Shown here: in pieces, positions 58,343 through 64,000 of the stretch
How the letters are laid out: every line of letters begins with the position of its first letter
Position numbering within the stretch: the first letter of the stretch is position 1
NCBI GenBank assembly: GCA_041946805.1
Contig: JBHGBC010000001.1
Location: forward strand, 135,588-199,587
DNA length: 64,000 nucleotides
Direction: 5' to 3'
DNA from: a bacterium
Lineage (GTDB): Bacteria; Hinthialibacterota; Hinthialibacteria; Hinthialibacterales; Hinthialibacteraceae
Made by a program: the position numbers and the translations under genes
The notes under the pieces: model-generated
The model's database searches: none
What the model was told of the DNA's origin: nothing
The model's input: the letters and a program-made list of their open reading frames with translations, nothing else

Positions 58343-61300
58343 GATTCATGGCTCTCGATGAGTGTCAAGACGCGCCGGATCAAATCGAGGTCGCTCCGTT
58401 CGCTCCAGGCGCGCAGATGTTTGGCCAGCGCCCGGCCTTCCTCGCCGAGGCTCTCTACCTGTTCCAGACAGCGCTTGAGTTCGGTGGTATTGTACACTTC
58501 GGCCGCCGAACGGAGGCGGTTGAGCAGTCCTTCCGGTAACGAGATGTCCGCCAGGTTGGCTACGCTGACGTCAGGGGAATCGTATTGAAATTGTATGTGC
58601 AAGAGATGTGCCAACACCTCATAGACCTTCCCGGCGGCGATGGGCTTGGCGATGAATTCCTCAAAACCGTTCTCAAAATACCGCTCGCGTTCCTGAACCA
58701 GCGCGGACGCGGAGACGGCGACCAGCTTGAGGTAGGCAAGCTCCGGCCGGGCACGCAAATGTTTCGCGGCCGTCATGCCATCCATGTCCGGCATGCGGAT
58801 ATCCATGAAGACGATATCCGGAGAAAACGCATCCACGGCCTCCAAGGCCTGCCGGCCGCTTTCCGCCGTGATGACCTCGACGCCCACGTCCCGCAGGAGT
58901 TGGGCCAGCACATCCCGGTTCTCTTGTATATCGTCCACCACCAGTGCGCGGACTTTGCAGCCCTCCGCCAACCGCTTGATCGAGCGGCGGCCATCCGGCC
59001 CAGCCTCACCGGCGCCGGGCGCGAATCCGTCTGATCCGGACTTCAACGGAACGGTAAAAAAGAAACGCGATCCTTGGCCAGGAGTGGAATCGATCCCGAT
59101 CCGGCCGCCCAGGAGTTCCACATGCTGCTTGGCGATCGCCAGGCCCAGACCGGTCCCTCCCCGCCTCTGGCCGGAAACTTCTTGGACAAAGGGTTCAAAG
59201 ATACTCTCTTGCGCGGCCGCCGGGATACCGATGCCGGTATCGATCAACTCGAAGGTATAGGACACCGTTTCCGCGATGCCGCCCGCGGCCTCCGGCGGGG
59301 GAGAGGGAGATTCCGTGATGCGTAAAACCACTTCCCCCGCGTCGGTGAATTTCACCGCGTTGGACAGCAGATTCGACAGGATCTTGCGGAGTTTGCCCTC
59401 ATCCCCCCGCACGATCCGCCGGGCGGGCATCGGAGGGATGGATTCAGGATTCCCCGCTTCTCCACCGATTGGCCGGGATGTACGCCACTCCACGCGCCAG
59501 GCCAGCCCTTTCTGTTGGCAGCGAAACTCAAAAATGGAAGCCAGCCCCTTGACGCAGTGCACCAGGTCGAAATCCGCCGGAACGAGTTCCACGCATCCCG
59601 CCTCGACTTTGGACAGGTCCAAAATGTCGTTGATCAGCGCCAGCAGATGGTTGCCGCTCTCGGCGATGGTGGAAACGGCGGAACGGGTTTCGGCCGGCAA
59701 ACTGGTTTTACGCAAGAGGACCTGCGTGTAACCCAGGATTGCATTCAAGGGCGTCCGGATGTCGTGGCTCATGTTCGCCAGGAAAATGCTCTTGGCCTGG
59801 TTGGCCGTTTCGGCGGCCTCTTTCGCCTTCTGCAGAAGCAGGTTTTTCTCCCTTTCATTCTCGAACAGTTGACGAACCAATCGCCGCGCCTGGCGGCGTT
59901 GAGCTAGAACCCGATACCCCAGCATCACTAGAGTGCCGATCAGGCCGAAAAGTCCGGCCACGGAGGGGATGGTCATTCGCGGATTCAAATACCAGGGGAG
60001 AATGACACGAAACGTGATCCGGGCCGGCGGGGAGAGATTGAGATCCCGGTCTACCGCTTGCACTTCAAACTGAAAAACACCCGGTTCTTCTGGTGTCCAG
60101 TCGAACGTCGTCGCGGTGGTGGAAACCGATAGAAAGGGGGAGTGAATTGTGAAAGCGCCTTCCTCCCCGGAAGGCGGCCCATCGGCCTGCCGGATTTGGA
60201 TGAGGTATTGTTGTTTGGCCGTCAACGTGTTGAGATCGATCGATTCATACTCAACACTCAGACGCTGGCCGTTCAGCAAGGAAGGAAGTTGGGAAAGATT
60301 GGTGTACTGGCGGTCTCCCCGCAGGGAAAGAATTCGCACCACGGGCGAAGTGCTTCGCGGGTGGTAGCGCGTGAGGCCTTGTTCGGTGCCGAACCACAAC
60401 ATCCCGCTCCTGTCCGCATGGATGGCGTATATAGTATTGTGCGCCAGCCCGTCCCGCGTATCGAGCGTGGACCAATGGGTTCCATCGTGAACCATCACCC
60501 CGGCGGACTGCGTACCCAACCAGAGTTTGCCCTGATGATCCTGAACCATCACGTTCACCAGGTTGTCGGCCAAGCCCTCGTCCCTCGTCAAATCGAAAAA
60601 ACGCCCGCCATCGTAGCGGGATATGCCGCCTTCGGTCGCCAGCCATAACGTCCCATCCAATCCCGGATGGATCGCCTCCACATGATTATTCAGCAATCCG
60701 TCGCGGGTGGTCAGATTGGAGAATTGCCCGTCCAGAAAACGCCACAAACCCCACTGGGTCATTCCGAGCCAGGTCGCTCCGTTGGTTCCTGGATAAATCG
60801 CCCGGGTATGAACATTGTTCAATCCCTGGGGATAAATAACCGAATGGACCGTGAGCGTGTCCGTATTCAAACGCGATATGCCCCCCGCGCTGTGGCCGAT
60901 CCACAGCAGGCCGTCATGAACCTGACAGATGGCGCTGATGCGGTCCGTGGCCAATCCACTCACGCGGTTGAACCGCTGGACGGATTTCCCATCATACCGG
61001 AACAATCCCTGGCTCCAGGTTCCGATCCACATCACTCCATCGGTGGTTCGGTAGATACAGGTGATCTTGTCCCTTGGCAATCCATCCCGGCCATTGTACC
61101 GGGAAAAGGTCCGGCCGTCATAATGGGACAGGCCGTCATTGGTCCCCAACCACAAACTCCCCTCCGGATCTTCAGCGATCGACCAAACCGTGTTATTCGT
61201 CAGACCGTCCTGTACTGTATAGTTGGCCAGAATGTGTTCGTCGTAACACGAAATCCCGCCGCGGAGCGTCCCGAACCAGAGGACGCCGCGGGCGTCCCGG

Positions 61301-63423
61301 TGAACCGCCCCCACCCGGTAATGGGCCAGGCCGTCATTCGGAACGAAAGTGATGAATCCCTGGCCATCGTAGCAGGACACGCCGTTTTCGGTGGCAAACC
61401 ACAGACGGCCGCCTTCATCCTCCTCGATCCCATGAACGGCTGGATTCGACAAGCCGTCGGCGGGGGTGAAATTCGTGAAGGTTTGCCCATCAAAGCGGGA
61501 TACACCCTTCCCCGTGCCGATCCACAATCGCCCTCGCGCATCTGGGTGAAGCGCCCGGATCTCATTGCCTACCAAACCGTCCGCGGTAGTGTAAACGTGA
61601 AATTCCTGCCCGTTATAAGACGCCAAACCGGCCAGGGTTCCAAACCAGAGGGTTCCGGAAGGCGTTTCGGCCAACGCGTGGACTTCATCGACCGGCAAGC
61701 CGTCTCGCCGGGTGATATTCACGAAACTCCTGTTCTCGTACCGGGACACTCCGGTAGAGGTGCCGATCCACAAACGTTTCTGGGAATCCTGGAAGACCGC
61801 GTAAACCAAATCCCCCGCCAAACCCTCCTGTTGGGTAAAGTTCACGAACGATTTCCCATCGTACCGGGACAATCCATTCGTGGTTCCAATCCAAATCAAT
61901 CCATCCGAATCTTGATGGATTGCCCGGACATCGTTCGCGGCCAAGCCGTCCCTCTGAGCAAAGGACACAAAACGCCGGCCATCGAACCGCGACAGACCGG
62001 CATTCGTGCCGAACCAGATCCGCCCCTGGGTGTCGGTTTCGATCGCGGCGACAAAGTTGCTGGCCAAGCCATCCAGATAGGTGTAACTGCGCCAGACTCC
62101 TTTCTTGAAGGGAGCCAGGTGAAAATCCACACCCCAGTGAGATTGATCCCGTTCGATCTGCAGGACATCCCCTGTCTTTCGCTCGGATCCGGGCTCCAGA
62201 ACCGGCCCGGAATAGACATACGCGTCCCCCACGTAGCAACGCATCTGACATTTACCCGGCCGGAGGTTGATGAACCGGTATTGGCCGTTCTCATCGCTGC
62301 GAACGCTGGCCGTTCGGATCTTTCCGTTTTCCATTTCCTGCACGGCCTGCACTTGGATACCGGCGTGCGGAGATCTGTCATAGGCCAAGAGGGTTCCGCT
62401 GACGCTCTCCGCCGGATGGAGAGTTAAATCCGCGGTCCGCGTCTCGCCGGGCGAAATAGGGAATTGCAGGAGCCATTCACCGTCATCCATCCAGGTGGCC
62501 ATGAGATCATACGGACCGGAGCCGGGATACAACACCATCTGGTATCGCCCCGCCTCATCGGTGACCGAGGTCTTGACCGGGCGCCCATCCTGCTCCAGAA
62601 CCACGCTGGCGCCCGGGAGTGTATCACCGCTGGCGTCGCGGATCCTGCCCGAAAGCAAGGCGGGCCGCGGCAATTCGTCCGCCAAGGGGAGGTCCGCTTC
62701 CACGCATCGCGCGTTTCCATATAGCGTTCCGTCATGGCCACGCGGGGTTGCGTCGGCGCCATCGCTCCGGTCGAAATTCCAAAGACCGGTCAGATGCTCT
62801 TCGGTTCCGGTGAGGCGCCCAAACATGGTCTGGCGGATCTCCGCTTCGGTGCGGGCCACGTCCCAGAGGCGAAACTCATCCATCTGGCCATGAAAATCGG
62901 CGTTGGCGGGCCAATGGGATTTTCCCAAGTAGATGAATTCCATCGGGGGAATCGCCTCGGCGTTCCCGCGGTGCGCCAGCTGACCCACCCGAATGCCATT
63001 GAGATACAGTTGCAGCCCGGTAGGACTGTACACTGCCGCGATGTGCTGCCAGCGGCCCCGAAACAAAATGTCCGGAACATGGAGGCGTTGCAGTTTCCAT
63101 CCCTCGTAGACAAAAAACTGCAATGTGGTAGAAAAACCTTCGTTGTTGAGGACGATGACATCCCGGGAACCGGCACTCCCAAAGCCCCAGGGTTGGGAAT
63201 GATATTTAAACGATTCCCATTGGATCCACGCCTCCACGGTCATTTGATCCATGCCGTGCAGGATCTCACGGGGCAGTTGGACATAATCTCCGTCCCCGTC
63301 GAGTTGGAGCACCTGGTTCCGGGGAAGACTCTCCCCGCCCGCCGCATGCGCCAACATAACGGAAAGCCAACCGATGAGGATACCATGGAAGGGACGGATG
63401 CCCGGTCGTTTTATCTGTATCAT
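58339..63423 (-). CDS. Hybrid sensor histidine kinase (LamG + carboxypeptidase-regulatory-like + Reg_prop beta-propellers + TM + HisKA/HATPase + REC)
   Basis: LamG motif [11 protein letters not shown], many DGL..G.LW.GT..G repeats, [32 protein letters not shown] and a REC domain. Confidence 0.93.
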   Translation of the reverse strand: MIQIKRPGIRPFHGILIGWLSVMLAHAAGGESLPRNQVLQLDGDGDYVQLPREILHGMDQMTVEAWIQWESFKYHSQPWGFGSAGSRDVIVLNNEGFSTTLQFFVYEGWKLQRLHVPDILFRGRWQHIAAVYSPTGLQLYLNGIRVGQLAHRGNAEAIPPMEFIYLGKSHWPANADFHGQMDEFRLWDVARTEAEIRQTMFGRLTGTEEHLTGLWNFDRSDGADATPRGHDGTLYGNARCVEADLPLADELPRPALLSGRIRDASGDTLPGASVVLEQDGRPVKTSVTDEAGRYQMVLYPGSGPYDLMATWMDDGEWLLQFPISPGETRTADLTLHPAESVSGTLLAYDRSPHAGIQVQAVQEMENGKIRTASVRSDENGQYRFINLRPGKCQMRCYVGDAYVYSGPVLEPGSERKTGDVLQIERDQSHWGVDFHLAPFKKGVWRSYTYLDGLASNFVAAIETDTQGRIWFGTNAGLSRFDGRRFVSFAQRDGLAANDVRAIHQDSDGLIWIGTTNGLSRYDGKSFVNFTQQEGLAGDLVYAVFQDSQKRLWIGTSTGVSRYENRSFVNITRRDGLPVDEVHALAETPSGTLWFGTLAGLASYNGQEFHVYTTADGLVGNEIRALHPDARGRLWIGTGKGVSRFDGQTFTNFTPADGLSNPAVHGIEEDEGGRLWFATENGVSCYDGQGFITFVPNDGLAHYRVGAVHRDARGVLWFGTLRGGISCYDEHILANYTVQDGLTNNTVWSIAEDPEGSLWLGTNDGLSHYDGRTFSRYNGRDGLPRDKITCIYRTTDGVMWIGTWSQGLFRYDGKSVQRFNRVSGLATDRISAICQVHDGLLWIGHSAGGISRLNTDTLTVHSVIYPQGLNNVHTRAIYPGTNGATWLGMTQWGLWRFLDGQFSNLTTRDGLLNNHVEAIHPGLDGTLWLATEGGISRYDGGRFFDLTRDEGLADNLVNVMVQDHQGKLWLGTQSAGVMVHDGTHWSTLDTRDGLAHNTIYAIHADRSGMLWFGTEQGLTRYHPRSTSPVVRILSLRGDRQYTNLSQLPSLLNGQRLSVEYESIDLNTLTAKQQYLIQIRQADGPPSGEEGAFTIHSPFLSVSTTATTFDWTPEEPGVFQFEVQAVDRDLNLSPPARITFRVILPWYLNPRMTIPSVAGLFGLIGTLVMLGYRVLAQRRQARRLVRQLFENEREKNLLLQKAKEAAETANQAKSIFLANMSHDIRTPLNAILGYTQVLLRKTSLPAETRSAVSTIAESGNHLLALINDILDLSKVEAGCVELVPADFDLVHCVKGLASIFEFRCQQKGLAWRVEWRTSRPIGGEAGNPESIPPMPARRIVRGDEGKLRKILSNLLSNAVKFTDAGEVVLRITESPSPPPEAAGGIAETVSYTFELIDTGIGIPAAAQESIFEPFVQEVSGQRRGGTGLGLAIAKQHVELLGGRIGIDSTPGQGSRFFFTVPLKSGSDGFAPGAGEAGPDGRRSIKRLAEGCKVRALVVDDIQENRDVLAQLLRDVGVEVITAESGRQALEAVDAFSPDIVFMDIRMPDMDGMTAAKHLRARPELAYLKLVAVSASALVQERERYFENGFEEFIAKPIAAGKVYEVLAHLLHIQFQYDSPDVSVANLADISLPEGLLNRLRSAAEVYNTTELKRCLEQVESLGEEGRALAKHLRAWSERSDLDLIRRVLTLIESHES

Positions 63424-64000
63424 GCTTTTGCACTAGAGACATCAAATACCCACTGCTCCGGATGAACCGCGCGCCGACCGGTATGGATCATGGAGAGTCC
63501 GTGCCTGGCCATAGTGTGGCATCATCCGCCGAGTCCTTTCCTGCCCACAAGCGGTTTATCTTCTAAAAAAACCCATATCAGGGGATCTCCCACTCCAACA
63601 ATTCTCCGGCTACTAGGTTGTTCCATTCAATCATACATTTCGTTCCCCTGGCACGGCTCCACGCATGGAGAAACGAATCCCAGCCGCGAAGCATTAGATC
63701 ATGGTCAGGTGATCCGGATCCATCTCGACGACTCCCAGCGCTGGGGGGAAGAACCAGCCGTGCCGAACCATCGGCGGGATGTCCATTACCCTATTTGACG
63801 AGGCAAAAAGTGAAAAGATCCTGATATGTTCCATATGTTGAAGTGCAAGCGTCCTGCCTGCAACAATATATTGAGCAGAGAAGATATATGCACTACAACA
63901 AAGGAACTTTGGGCCGCTGCGTCCTTCAAGGCCGGGCTGCTGCGGCTGCGGTCCACGAAATAGATGGTGACCGATCGGTGGTGAAGCATCACAACCAATG

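Noticed and set aside
60667..62427. 586-aa plus-strand ORF
   Set aside because: Antisense to the propeller repeats of the hybrid kinase
63490..64000. Short ORFs at the right edge
   Set aside because: No recognisable motifs or consistent coding signal; context is cut by the window edge

Overview
GC-rich bacterial chromosomal window. The lineage cannot be determined from the sequence alone, but the Tat-rich sugar-catabolism genes, TPR-ASPIC/UnbV protein, LamG/propeller hybrid kinase and '-V-x-D-W-S-L-Q' C-termini suggest a poorly characterised environmental lineage. The housekeeping and metabolic backbone comprises hemW-lepB-coaX, a sugar ABC operon, Tat-exported sugar enzymes and trpB-trpA-accD. 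The strongest candidate for an undescribed system is a co-directional, mostly translationally coupled 10-gene locus at 13208-29686. It encodes a Cys-knuckle beta-propeller-like protein, a membrane-anchored vWA (MIDAS) protein, a small membrane protein, a ~1019-aa tubulin/FtsZ-like (Tubulin_2/FtsZl-type) GTPase, a Zn-ribbon/Ig-fused Hsp70-like ATPase, a degenerate second Hsp70, a GrpE-like protein, an unknown protein and a ZorA/ZorB-like MotA/MotB pair, with no recognisable Zorya ZorC/D/E. From ~46800 onward lies a probable decayed integrative island that truncates a PfkB gene. It holds an integrase remnant, an XRE-ImmA + PIN module with a perfect sigma70 promoter driving a truncated DUF2188 gene, and IS debris. 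Further right is a self-contained sigma54 regulon: two -24/-12 promoters, each with phased GCTAATAG direct-repeat enhancers, next to a bEBP that carries a winged-helix rather than a Fis-type DNA-binding domain. Several interspersed REP-like palindrome families occupy the intergenic regions. No rRNA, tRNA or CRISPR array was seen. All domain calls come from motifs read by eye, not from database searches.
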